NCBI GenBank assembly: GCA_905178155.1
Contig: CAJINV010000004.1
Coordinates: forward strand, 10,957,655 to 11,021,654
DNA from: Amoebophrya sp. A120
Taxonomy: Eukaryota > Protista > Dinoflagellata
DNA length: 64,000 bases
Direction: 5' to 3'
Below are positions 25,919 through 37,719 of this stretch, piece by piece (positions within the stretch are counted from its first letter, which is position 1; every line of letters begins with the position of its first letter). The notes beneath the pieces were generated by a model. The model worked only from the letters and a program-made list of their open reading frames with translations, did no database searches and was not told where the DNA came from. Both the position numbers and the translations under genes were made by a program.

Positions 25919-27007
25919 TATGCCTTGGACGGGCGTTAGCATACAGAAGGGTGAATCTGCAGTGAATTTGTATTGCGTGGCAATGCATGAGCTAATCACG
26001 TGCATGCGAAGAACACGTGGAAAACAAGCAGCCAGCGCGCCGTGTTGATGGGCTGCTTGGCTGGTGACGCTGCCCTCCTGTGGACGCTTGCCGCTTGTTG
26101 CCCAAAGAGGCGCACCTGGTGGACTGCGAAGCAACACAGGTGGCTTGTGGCGCCGGTATTACAGCACAATACTCCATGTTGGTCCACAGACTCGATGGTG
26201 GCGGATCGATAGGGAGGGCCATGCCTGGAAAGGGGGGCAGGGGCAGTGGCTCAATATCTCAAAATAGAGAAGTCGCGTCACGGGTCGTTGCTGTCTCGGC
26301 CTGAACATCTGGAGACGCGTTGACGTGACCCCCAGGTCAGGAGTCTTCTTGGTGAATTTTGGGGCTTTTTGTTTTGGCGAAACTTTTTTGAAGCACCAAA
26401 ACCCGGAGTTTCTCGTGCGTTAGCGAATTTTGAATAGGCACCTTGGGCCAAAATTCACCCACGGCTTTTTCAAAATTCACCCCAAAACTCACCGGGCGCC
26501 CATTTTCGACCGTGATAAACAAACTTTAGCGCAGAAAAGTGCTCAAAAAAGTGCACAGGTAGGCCCTGGGAAGTGGGGCCGGGGGGGAAAGACAGGCGCC
26601 CTCTGCTGCCCTCAGCCCGTCTATATTCTGCCGAAAAGGCCTGGAGAGTTCACGCACCTGCCGGATAGACGCGTCAAAGCTCTCGGCCTGGTCCTTTCAC
26701 CCTTGCTCTCGCGCCTTCATCTTGCCTAAACTGTATGTGCTTCGCGGCTCTTGTTTTTCGCGTCTTTGCCACGGCTGCTGCAGTGCCTGCTCTTTTGCAA
26801 GCACAGGAAGACGAAAAGACATGGCCAAAGAACGACGCCCAGGCCATGTCCAGCTGCCTGCCGCATAGCCGGCGAGTTCTGCGGTGTGCAGAACGCTCTT
26901 CCCAGAAGGGCGAGAGGGACAATGTCCCGGCAGTCTCCTCTGCTATTTGTCATGCAAAATTCACTAGAGATTCGCCACGTCTCATGCTAACGCGTGTTAA
27001 AGCTCTA
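25919..27007. mobile_element. ~1.09-kb non-autonomous TIR element
   Basis: Degenerate TIR (ta..gcgttagcat..gaatct..agtgaattt at both ends); right end is either 26999 (TSD aagct) or 27007. Confidence 0.65.
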
Positions 27008-27050
27008 AGCAGTGCGGCGTCGCACCCGACCACAGTTCTGGCAAGCTTGG

Positions 27051-27910
27051 TATCCATAGTAAATTTCCTGTACATGTACAATTCGCCTGCTTTTCTGCCT
27101 TTAAAAAATGACGCAAAAAAATTGCATTTCAAAAAATTTCAAACCATGCATGACGATACGCACACAAAAAGCACGCACATGCAGCCGGGATGGCAGTAAA
27201 TGTCCTATGCTGGTGGTGCCTGTAGCCAATTTAGCTAGCTAAAGACGCTGCCAGGTTCCGCGCGAGATCCATGCACCGACCGCCATGGGCCGCACTTCCG
27301 GGCGGTGTTGTGTGTTTTCCCAAAAGGAGGCGATCGCGCCCGAACAGCCAAGCCCGACGCTTTTGGCGCGATTACACATCACAGCAGTTCCCACCTTCAG
27401 GCCCATACTTTTCCCTTCTTCGTCTTTCCGGGCGTTAAAAGTGGAACCACACGCCGCAAATCCATCGCGGGCGTCTGAGTAAATCCATCCGAACCACATC
27501 AGGGGCCTCCGGCTTCGGAGCGGCCTGCTAGCTCTCGTACGGCGCGGCCCGTAAATATTTCAAAGCCGGGGCCGCTACTGGGCCGATTGTCTTCGCCCAG
27601 ATTGCTGCCTCCATGTCCCCGCGCCACCTGGCTGCGACATACGGCAAGACGGATGGGCCTGCGGCGTTGTGTTTTCAAATGCGGGCTGGTTGGAGAGGGA
27701 TGGTCGGAGAGGGCTGGTCGGAGAGGGTTGGTTGGAGAGGGATGGCACCGTGCGTCCGGATCTCACTAGCAATACCATGCCGGGTAGATATATTCAGTCG
27801 GCAGCACCCGAGAAAGCTGCAACTTTTTTTTTTTCGAAGCCGCGTTTCTTTTCAATTTTGCATGACAAACAGTGGTGATTTGTACATGTACAGGAAATTT
27901 ACTATGGATA
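27051..27910. mobile_element. 860-bp non-autonomous TIR element
   Basis: Perfect 31-bp TIR tatccatagtaaatttcctgtacatgtacaa; TSD cttgg; internal ttggagagggatgg-type short repeats. Confidence 0.93.
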
Positions 27911-29215
27911 CTTGGCCTCACATTTGCAGAAGGTTTTCAGCTGCACGGAACCGAGGAAAGCGCGAGGAGGCAAACGGAGATTGCACTAGTGGTTCATCTC
28001 GTTGTGTTTCGATTCATCCTAGTACTTTGGACCCGCCTAGTTGGTGGTACCAGCCGGTATACACTTGCGAGACTTGTTCGCCGCCGTGTCGCGATTACAA
28101 CAGCTGGTGCGGCGTCGCACCCGACCACAGTTCTGGCAAGCTTGGCCTCGCATCTGCAGAAGGTTTTCAGCTGCACGGAGCCGAGGAAAGCGAGAGGAGG
28201 CAAACGGAGACTGCACTAGTGCTTCTCGTTGTGTTTCGATTCGTCCTACTTCGGCCCCGCCTAGTTTGTGGTACTAGCCGGTATACGTATAGTAAACTTG
28301 CGAGGCTTCGCCGCCTTGTTGCGATTTTTACAGCAGCTGGTGCTCCTTGTTTACTTGTTCCGAGCGACTTAGTTTTTCTTCTGCGAAACCACGTCAAAAA
28401 TGCCTTCCAATCACATTTCTGGTACACCATGGGGAATAAAATTTTGGTTTTCAACAGTTTTCGACTTTCTGCAAAAAAGTTTAAGGTTCTGTTTGCGTCA
28501 AGAAAACTACTAATCTTCACAACGTGTTGTATCTTCATCATGTCTGTCCGCAAACTTTTCCAACAGAGCCATTGGCTCCTGTATCTCAATCTCTGCCTTA
28601 CAGCTTCTTCATCTTGTTGTAGACGGCAGAGGGAAGAAATGGATTCACTTTTGGTCCTGCGCATACTCCCCTGCACACGGGCCGGTGGTTCTCCGGCAAG
28701 GAGACCGAGATAGAGGTCCTTTCGTGCGACTGTTCTAGCTACACCGAGGGCTGCAATCTCTGCATCTATTGGTAGGGCGGCGGTGGATTCTATCGCGAGG
28801 AGCGCCGGGGGTGCGTGTGCGCATCGCTGCTTATAAGGAATCTCTATAAAGATGAACTAGTACGTGTACGGAGTGGTGCATCGCCGCTTAAAGGTATTGA
28901 TGTCTCAAAATCGTTCCCGTGTGAGGGTGTAAAAAACGACGCTTTCACAGCCTTTGGGATGGCATGGGAGAGTGGGAAGATGAATTTTCTCGAGGATGAG
29001 CAATGAGGTTATGAGAGGTGCCAGTGGCGGGAGGTCGAGGTGCGACCTTAGAACTAGAACAAGTACGCGAGAAATGCACTGCTCTCCAGCTGCTACTCGT
29101 CACGGAGAAAGTTGCCACCTCCAGCAGGCGACGGGTTGGGCCGGAACTTACAGCTTTGACTTCGCGCCATTGAGCTTTCGTATCTAGTAAACGTAGAAAA
29201 CCATAACTAACAAAA

Positions 29216-32200
29216 ATGCCTCCCCCGCCCGACATCACGCCAGCCGAGCTACAGACGGAAATCGACCGTCTTGGGTTCGGGACTTCGCAGATTCTCATGA
29301 TCGTCTTGTGTGGCGGAATCATGTTTGCGGAAGGCAGCGAGATGCTGGTATACAATCAACATCATGATGGTGCATGAATTGGACTTGCAAGCATCGGAGC
29401 TTGATTTATTTGTCGTGCGGAGCAAAACCCATAAGCACACGACACGCGCGTACAGTAGTATGCAACACAAGATCATCCTTACTGACACCAACCACGGCAA
29501 CGAAACTTCACAGGTCATGGGCTCCATCACGACTTTGCTCCACGGTCATTGGGATCTCACGCCGATTCTCCGCGGTACCATGGTCTCCATCGTCTTCGTG
29601 GGCTTCTGCGTCGGAAATCTCCTCAGCGGCACCATCGGAGATAGATACGGGCGCAGACGGAGCATTCTCCTGTCCTACCTCATGATCGGGATTTTCGGGT
29701 TGGCCACGGCGTACGCTGTGAATGCCACCAGCATGATTTTCCTGCGCTTCCTCGTTGGCGTCGGCTGCGGGATTGGGTTCCCTTATTCACTGCCAAAATG
29801 TCCGGGTCTGGAAGAGTAGAGCGCATGTTTGTCATGCTTGTCTGGCATGACTCTTAAATCTGTCAAGCACGTTTACCCAAGAGCCCCATTTTTCTGCTAT
29901 GCAGAAACGCAGGCTGTCACGCAGAGTAGGCAACACCTGCTAGTGCTAGAAGCTCAGAAACTTGTCATGCTGAGCCAGCACTTGTGGCCTGCTCATGGTA
30001 CGCCATCCAGCATCACAAGTTCCCAGACCCAGACGTATTTGCAGTGCATATCCCTTCCGTCTACACGATGATCCCGGAGGTTTGTCCGATGAAGATACGG
30101 TCCGGAGCGAACACACTGATGATCGGGGTCATGCCCCTAGGGTATGCAGGAAAAAAACTGTGTAAGTGTAACTCTGTAATGCAGAACATGCAACAGAGTT
30201 ACACGTGTCATGCCAGACAGCCATGAAGTCCTCTTTTCCTATGTGTTTTCCCTTACAAGCCACGCATGACAGGTTTTCTCTGTCATGTAGAGCAAATTTG
30301 TAATGCTGTCAACCAAAGAAAGTTACACTAACACAGTTTTTTTCTTGGATATAGGGGAGCTGTTCGCCAGTATCGGGGTCTGGCTCATCGACCCGAATTT
30401 GAACCAGTCCCAGAAATACTGTGATATTTTCGGGAAGAACGACACTCCAGAAGACATCGCGAAGCTGCTGGTCAGGAGGGATAAGATTAAAACCACCAGC
30501 CAGGATAATGATGCTAGTATTCAAGCCACGGTCGTAGATGAAAGCGCACATCCGGCCGGTGAGCAGCCGTGGAGCAGGAGCAGGAGGACTTCGAGCCCGC
30601 ATGTTGGTCGTTTCGACTCACCTCCATCCTTCGAGAAACATCACTTGCCTTCGTCCACCTCGGGTGGTGGGGGTGGCACACCGCCGGCGCGTAATCTTCC
30701 CAGCGACAAATATTCACGACCGACGATGCCCGCAAATAACAAACGAATTGAAATTCTTCCGGCGAGGTCGTCTTCGAAGTCGTCACCGGCGACATCCTCC
30801 TCTTCGTCATCGAAAATCAGTAGCGATGCCACCAGCTTCTTGCAGGTTGACGGGGAAGAGCAGGATGGAGGGACACAACTACATGCAGAAGTGCATGCCA
30901 AATCTACTACACAGCGGATAGTACACGAACTACAACAGGCCAAAAAAGAACCACCAGCACTCCCGCACTTTCCGCAGAATCCTTTGAGTGCAGAAGACAT
31001 CACGACTGCTGCTTCTCTTTATGGAGGCGGGGCGTCGAGGAGGACAAGTAGCAGCTCATCAACATTGGATCACTCTTCGTCTTCACCTTCCATCTTCACT
31101 TCCCCCCTTGCAAAAGCCGTCTCCTTCCTGGCCGACTTGGTTCCGCCACTAGGCGGGTCTCGCGTTGCTGGCATTGCCGCGATAGGAACTACAACTACAT
31201 CAACTGCAGCAGCAGCTGCGAACCAGAATCTTCTTCCGATGTTGAGCAGTACTTCTTCTAGCAGTCGGCTGAACGCCGGCATGTTTGATGAAGACCCGAA
31301 CCACATTTCCTTCCTCATGGACGGGATCGCAAATCCGTCTGTGCAGCTGCGGCACCCAACAGCTTCAGGCACTTCAGGTGATGATAAAAACCTTGTCTCC
31401 GCCGTCGCGCGGCACAGCAGCAACACGTACGCAAACGCGTTCACGACCGCCACCAGCCTCCAAGAGCAGGAAGAGAAAATTTACAACCTCGTCGTGGCGA
31501 AAGAGGACTGCAGTTGGCGGATGCTGTGCGAGTACTCCGCAATTCCCGCGTTTTGCTTCTTCGTGCTCGCTTTGCTGTATTTGGAGGAATCACCGCACTA
31601 CCTTCTGTCCAAACGCAAACACAGAGTTTTACAGCGGACCCTGGACCGGATCGCGTGGCGAAACGGGATTGAAAACGTGTCCGATCAGATGCGAATGAAG
31701 TTGAAAGCCTTGATCGACGACGACGAACTGGGATCCCCAGCGGACGATCTCGGTGAACACGAAAGTCCGGCGCCGAAGTACGCGTCGTGGGCCAACACGT
31801 TTCGGGTAAATGTTGTTTTTTCCTAGCACAATATGATCATCATGCATGTGTTTGATAATGATGCTGCTCATAATCATGCACATGCTCTAGTGACTTCGTG
31901 CAATTTTGAAGTGTAGGCGTAGGCGATTGGCTCAGCATTGGGTCACCCAGCTGAAAGCATCTCTACGACATCATCAAATCATACCATACTAGATCCTTGG
32001 CCAGCCTGCGTTTTTCGGCACGACGCTCTTCCTCTTCGTTTGCCACTTCACGAAAGATTTCAGTGTGTTCGGCCTGTCCTACGTGTTCCCGCAGTTTTTC
32101 GCATCCGTCAGCAGCTTTATGTCCACGGCCGCGGAGCTTTTCTTCATGTCCATTCTCGGTCTGCCCGGGATCCTTGCCGCGTTTTACCTGACAAGACACC

Positions 32201-33962
32201 CCACGATCGGGCACCGTGCGAGCCTGCAAATTTTCGCAATCACCAGCGCCGCAAGCTCCATTCTGATGCTGGACGGCACCGGCGCGCCGCAGGGGGTGCA
32301 TATCCTGTGCGCCTACCTGCTCAAGTGCTCCGCGCTGGGATTTTTCCTATTGACCGTCGTTCTCACCGCGGAATCCTTCCCGGTAGCGATTCGGAATTCC
32401 GCCGTGGGGCTGTGTACCGCGGTGGGGCGAGCCGGGAGCATTTCCGCGCCGGTGGTATTTGAGGTATTACACGAAGAGTCCGCGAACGGGAAGGGAGGGA
32501 AATCCTATGGCGCGCGCAAAGTTGCTTTTTGAAAAGTACTAGAATTTTTTTTTTGCAAGCGCTTCAGTGCTCAAGCCTAGCTAATAAAACTAGCTAATTC
32601 TAAATATGCATGAGAAGTTCAGCGCGAAAAAGTGCAAAAGCACGTCGGCGCCGAGAGGTAAGTAGGCTGGTACTCTTCGAGGCTCTGGTCTACGGATCTG
32701 TCCAGGGCGGTCCCGTCGCCAAGCCTTGCTGAGGGTCTTCTACTCGGAGCTGTGGCTAGGTGTACGGTCCCAAAACGACGAAAACCGCGGGGAGCTTACC
32801 AACCTCCGATACCTGGTTCCGAACATCCAGCCAGATCTTGACTCTGGCGCACGATGGCGCTACCTACACTGCGACGGCGCATTAGCTGTCGCACATGGGG
32901 AAAAAACCTCTGCGAATCTATTTTGAAACTTCGCCCGAGTTTGCACCCCTCCGCAGATGCCAACTGATCGGCCTCTTCGGGAGGGGTAGTTACATCGGGA
33001 TTGGCGATTTTTTGGGGGGGGGTGTTTCGTAGGCCATATTGCCGGCCACTTCGAAGCCCCTTTGGGGGGCCTCGTGTTGGGGAAGGCCTGCGTGCCGGTT
33101 GCTCTTTTCGCTGCGGTCCACAACAGGTGGTCTCCGCACTTGCGTATTGCGAAGTCATTCGCAGACTCGTACTAGACGCTGAACATCATGAGATGGTCGC
33201 TCTACTGTTTCAACCGGAGTAGATGACTGCGCGCGCAACCAGAAACATGTCCGCGCTCGCCACGACGTACCGATAGCGTTGCGGACAGATCCGTGGACCA
33301 GCCCCCCTTCGTGGAAGACGACTTTACTACCTCTGAATTGGACACCTTGCTATGCATGCAAAACTCCATCTAGTATAATTAGCTAACTCTGTCTAGTCTA
33401 ATATATTAGCTAGTTGCCGACGTGCCATGCAAACATTAAAAAAAAAATTCTAGTACTTTTAAAAACGCAACTTTGCACGAAGAGTCCGCGAACGGGAAGG
33501 GAGGGAAGTCGTTTGACGGGTTTATCGGGATCGTCTGCGGCTATCCAAGAAAAAAACATTGTAGGTGTAACTTTTTTGGAGGAACAGCATTACAAATCTG
33601 TCTGGCATGACAGCAAAAACCTGTCATGCGCAGATAGAGATACTAATCGAAAACGCCCGCTAGTGGACCCTACAATGCATGCCAAGCATGACAGACGCAA
33701 TCATCTTGCATGTTCCGCATCACAAATTTACACTAACAACGTTTTTTTCTTGGATAGCGGCTTAATGATCTTCATTGCGACAACGGTGTTCATGCTGCTA
33801 CCAAGGGAAACGAAAGGAGCGCTGATTTCCGAGAACGGGGAAATCACGATGACACATTTAGTGGATCACGGGGATGACGTAACCCTAACCAGCGGTGGCA
33901 CGAATACCCTGGCGGGTGTCAATGGAGCAAGCAACGCTGGAGTTACGACAAAGGAGCAGTGA
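29216..33962 (+). CDS. Major facilitator superfamily transporter, SV2/SVOP-like, with a long low-complexity loop
   Basis: IDRLGFG..GGIMFAEGSEML; MFS motif A GTIGDRYGRR; LRFLVGVGCG; EESPHYL; ESFPVAIRNSAVGLCTAVGRAG; LPRETKG. GT-AG introns ~29348-29513 and 31806-31992, plus four TIR insertions. Confidence 0.85.
29784..30050. mobile_element. Introner, family B
   Basis: tattcactgccaaaatgtccgggtctgga/cccagacccagacgtatttgcagtgcata; TSD tccct; gives GIGFP|SVYTMIPE. Confidence 0.9.
30143..30351. mobile_element. Introner, family E
   Basis: tatgcaggaaaaaaactgtgtaagtgtaact/agttacactaacacagtttttttcttggata; TSD taggg. Confidence 0.9.
32506..33476. mobile_element. ~970-bp TIR element with long imperfect arms; right end truncated
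   Basis: gcaaagttgctttttgaaaagtactagaattttttt / aaaaaaattctagtacttttaaaaacgcaactttgc; inner inverted pair at 32685-32703/33283-33301; followed by a ~35-bp exon duplication. Confidence 0.85.
33542..33756. mobile_element. Introner, family E
   Basis: tatccaagaaaaaaac/gtttttttcttggata; TSD gcggc; empty-site paralog at ~34497. Confidence 0.93.
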
Positions 33963-34430
33963 ACGCAGTTGCTTGAGAAGGCTCTTTTTGTTGAAACTTT
34001 TTCCGTATATTTACCTCCGTGCCGTATAAATATTTACCTCCGCGCTCCTTCACTTGATGGATTCACTTTCGGAACACAAACGCATTGACTCACATTCAAC
34101 ATTATATTTTCCGGAATCAACAAGAAGCTCAAGCAATCGCCTTCATCGCCTTCGCCATTCAAAATGATGAAGAAGCCGTATGACTATGAGCTACAGGAAG
34201 GCAATGAAGACAAGGAGCATCGAGCCTCGTGTCAACTACATGTTGCTAGTTTATAATTCCCTAGTACCTCGATAACGATATGATATGTAGAGGTGCCTTG
34301 GCGCGTTGTTGTAGCACGCTGACGAAGATCCGCCTCCATGAGATCACTGGGTGTGTATATTTCGTGACGATCAAAAGAAAAACTGAAGATAGTCATAGTG
34401 TGGAGTTGCCCGGTTCCTTAAACGTCTTAC

Positions 34431-34718
34431 TTACACGAAGAGTCCGCGAACGGGAAGGGAGGGAAAAAATCCTTTGACGGGTTTATCGGGATCGTCTGCG
34501 GCTTAATGATCTTCATTGCGACAACGGTGTTCATGCTGCTGCCGAGGGAGACGAAAGGAGCGTTGATTTCAGAGGACGGGGAAATCACGATAACAGCGGA
34601 GAATGGACGAGGACAACATGTGGAGAACCACGGTGTTCTAGGCGGAGGTCCTCCGGGCAACGCTGCGGGTAATTATACCGATATGGCAGCAGCTACTACG
34701 AAGGAGCAAATGCACTAG
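34431..34718 (+). other. Duplicated, insertion-free copy of the MFS gene terminal exon (alternative 3' end or pseudo-exon)
   Basis: LHEESANGKGGKKSFDGFIGIVCGLMIFIATTVFMLLPRETKGALISEDGEIT...TTKEQMH*; open frame; diverged tail. Confidence 0.8.
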
Positions 34719-35179
34719 CACGGACAGTTTCATCTCGTTTCCCTGGGGGAATGCAAACAGATGATTTTTCCGTAATTGCGCGGCCGTGAAGAAAGAAACC
34801 GCAGAACAGCTTGAGCGAGTAAATATGTTGTATTTTCCAGCAAAGTCGAACATACTGCAGCTGCGCGACATTTTTGTCGAACAGAAACTTAGATACACTG
34901 GAGCACATTGTCATTGAGGTGTCCAGGTGAGATGCATGTTGTGACATCGTGGTAGTTCTCGATAAAGATCAAAAATCAGGTTCCCTCCGCATGGAGAGGG
35001 AGGCAACTTTGAGTTCTTTTTCCGGTTCGATTGCTATGTATTTCAGGTCCCGTGATAGGAGAGGAGCACCAGAGAGCGTGCCATACTATCTACCAGTATG
35101 ACGAACCGATCCATCTATTTGATATTTGAATTTTCGAATCGCTTTTGCTCTGGTAACATCAGAAAATGCTAACATTGAC

Positions 35180-37163
35180 ATGAAGCCGGTTTGTCGCCTG
35201 GTGCGCCGCAATAAGGCATTTTGCTTTTCGTCACACACGACGAAACCCGTTGATTGTTGTTCGACGCCAGCTTTACTACAGAATCCGAAGCGGGGGCCGG
35301 TCAGAGCCAGAACGTTTTTCACGACGACTCGACTGAAAAGCTCTCTCCTCAGGACGTCCCCCATGCCGAAATTTTCGAACGCGTTGGAGCTGGTGCAATC
35401 CCTGGCCCAGCCTCCGCCGGAGGAAGTGCTAGAATCCCGAAACCCGCGGTCCGGCGAGGTATTGCAAAGCTTCGCGGAAATGACCGACGGGGAAGTGGAC
35501 CAGGTTTTGACGGAACTCGCAAAGCCGTTTGCTACTTCGGCTCTTCCGTCAAATAAAGCAAAAAGCTGGAGCTCCTTCGAAACGCTTCCCCTCCGGTGCA
35601 AGCTCGCGGAGCAGGTGGGGCAAATCTTACTGGAAGAGCAGACTGCCTTGGCGACCCTAATCCACAACGAGATGGGGAAAGCCATGCCGGAAGCGGAGGC
35701 GGAAGTGAGGAAGTCGGCCGGTTTATGCCTGTATTACGCAAACAACGCAGAGGCGTTCCTCCAGCCGGTCATCACCGCAGACGCAGCAAGTGATATCAAA
35801 CCGACAATCCCGGGCGTGAAGAAAAGCTACTACGTTTACGAGCCCCTGGGCGTGATTTTGTCCGTGATGCCCTGGAACTTCCCCGTCTGGCAGGTCATTC
35901 GCATGGCGATCCCCGTTTTGGTCGGCGGCAACACGGTGGTTTTGAAGCACGCACCGAACGTGCTTGGATCGGCATTGAAATGTGAAGAAATATTCGCGAA
36001 AGCGGCCGAGCGGGTGTTTGGAGAGGAAGGAAGGCAAGGTATAATTGAAGGTTTGTTTCTTGAAGTGGTAAAGCATGTTGAGTTTGTAGTACGTACACCT
36101 AAATAAACTTACAAAAGCGACTTAAAAACCCCTTTTCACAACACCTCACAGTCCCCTGTATTTTCCGTGCCCTCCGCTATGAATTGCAAAAGTATCGTAC
36201 TCGTATAAATGCATTACAAATTTCCTCAGCGTGAGAAATAAGATCTGCAATGCAGATTTGCCTTGCGAACAAGATTTGTAAATGCAAGACTTGCATTTAT
36301 ACGAGTACGATACTTTTGCACAGGATATCCGCGTCCAAGCAGCGAAGACCACCGACATTTTGTCCCACCCCGTTGTCCGTGGCGTCAGCCTTACTGGCAG
36401 CGAGCGCGCGGGGCGCTCGGTCGCGATGCAGGCGGGTGCGCTGTTGAAGAAATGCGTGGTGGAGTTGGGCGGGAACGATGGGTACGTTTTATTGAAAGAC
36501 GCGGACATCGACTGTGCTGTGGACCAGATCGTCGCCGGTAGACTGGTAAACAACGGTCAAAGCTGCATCGGGCCCAAACGGATCATCTGTGAGGGAGAGA
36601 CCGTGAAGAAGCAGGTCGAGGAGAAACTTGTCCAGAAGCTCTCCGAGGTTTCCACGACCGCACGGGTCATGGTCCACAGCAAAGCAAAAGAAGGCGTCGC
36701 ACTGCAGGTGAAAGAAGCGGTGGAAAAACACGGCGCGAACTGCATTTACCCGGTGGGTGGGGTGGTCGACAGTACCACTTCTACGGAAGGAGTTGGTATT
36801 TCTGCGTCTTTCGCCGACCCGATCGTTCTCACAAACGTGCCCGCGCATTTTGACACGGAAATCTTCGGTCCCGTGTTCTCTATCCTCACTGCCGCGGAGA
36901 GTGAGCAACAAGCTATTCAAATGCACAATCAGACAAGTTTTGGCCTGGGCGGCGCCGTGTTCAGCAAGAACGAGAAGCACGCGGAGGCGCTCGCGGGGGA
37001 AGCGTTGTCGACCGGAATGTGCTGGGTCAACGCGTTTGTGAAATCAGACGCCAGCCTGCCGTTCGGTGGCGTGAGAAACAGCGGGCTGGGTAGGGAGTGC
37101 GGACCGCACGGCGTCTTGGAGTTTCAAAACATCAAGACAATTTGCATCGCGGATCATGTGTGA
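35180..37163 (+). CDS. NAD(P)-dependent aldehyde dehydrogenase, succinate-semialdehyde dehydrogenase (Sad/GabD1)-like; start at 35180 or 35363
   Basis: PLGVILSVMPWNFP, LKHAPNV, SLTGSERAG, ELGGND, catalytic GQSCIGPKR, EIFGPV, PFGGVRNSGLGRE. GT-AG intron 36039-36151 plus one introner. Confidence 0.92.
36178..36327. mobile_element. Introner, family A
   Basis: tatgaattgcaaaagtatcgtactcgtataaatgca/tgcatttatacgagtacgatacttttgcacaggata; TSD tccgc. Confidence 0.93.
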
Positions 37164-37719
37164 TGAAAGGGACATTTTTTTTATTTTTCATTGCTGCAGT
37201 GCACAAGTCGCAAATGATCCCTCTGCGCAAGGTCGACGCGGGATGTCGAGGACGAGGCGCGCATAAGTACAAAAACAAATTGTCCACCTTTCCACCTATA
37301 CTTTTACTTCTATGTCGACGCACGACACGTATACGGTGATAATGACGACGTAGTGATAGTGTTTGCGTTTGGAACTTTGTGTGGTTGCATGCTGTAACTT
37401 CTGAGGGAAAGCGAGCGACTCCGAGTTACAACTACACTGGACTGAGCGTACAAGAAAATGTTGAGATCAGATTTTCGTATTGAAAATCGTAACAAGAACA
37501 GCAAGTCAGAAAGTTAAACTCACAAGTTGGAGTGTCAGAAGCAGCTCGGTTTCACTGCAAACCCGGACCCGTTCTGGATGTAGACCACAAGGTGGTTGAG
37601 TCGAAGTTGCATGTTGAACTAGCATCAGGAACTACGAGGATTATGTCAATGCCGCAAATACTATAGTTAAATAAAGGTGTTGCCAGCTTCTTTTTTTCGA
37701 ACATAAACGGTAAACGATA

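Larger units (their letters stand above)
24883..28335 (+). repeat. Tandem ~230-bp duplications of the 3' end of the upstream gene, interrupted by three long TIR elements
   Basis: gcggcgtcgcacccgaccacagttctggcaa occurs at ~24888, 25885, 27014 and 28109; the unit tggcctcacatttgcagaagg...acagctggtgc occurs three times. Confidence 0.9.

Noticed and set aside
24883-28145. 31-bp repeat x4 resembling a CRISPR array or attC cassette array
   Set aside because: The intervals are about 1 kb, consist of TIR elements plus duplicated exon sequence, and no cas or integrase gene is present in this eukaryotic context.
27613-28713. 366-aa ORF as a possible transposase
   Set aside because: It crosses an element boundary and tandem repeats and has no DDE or other recognisable motif.
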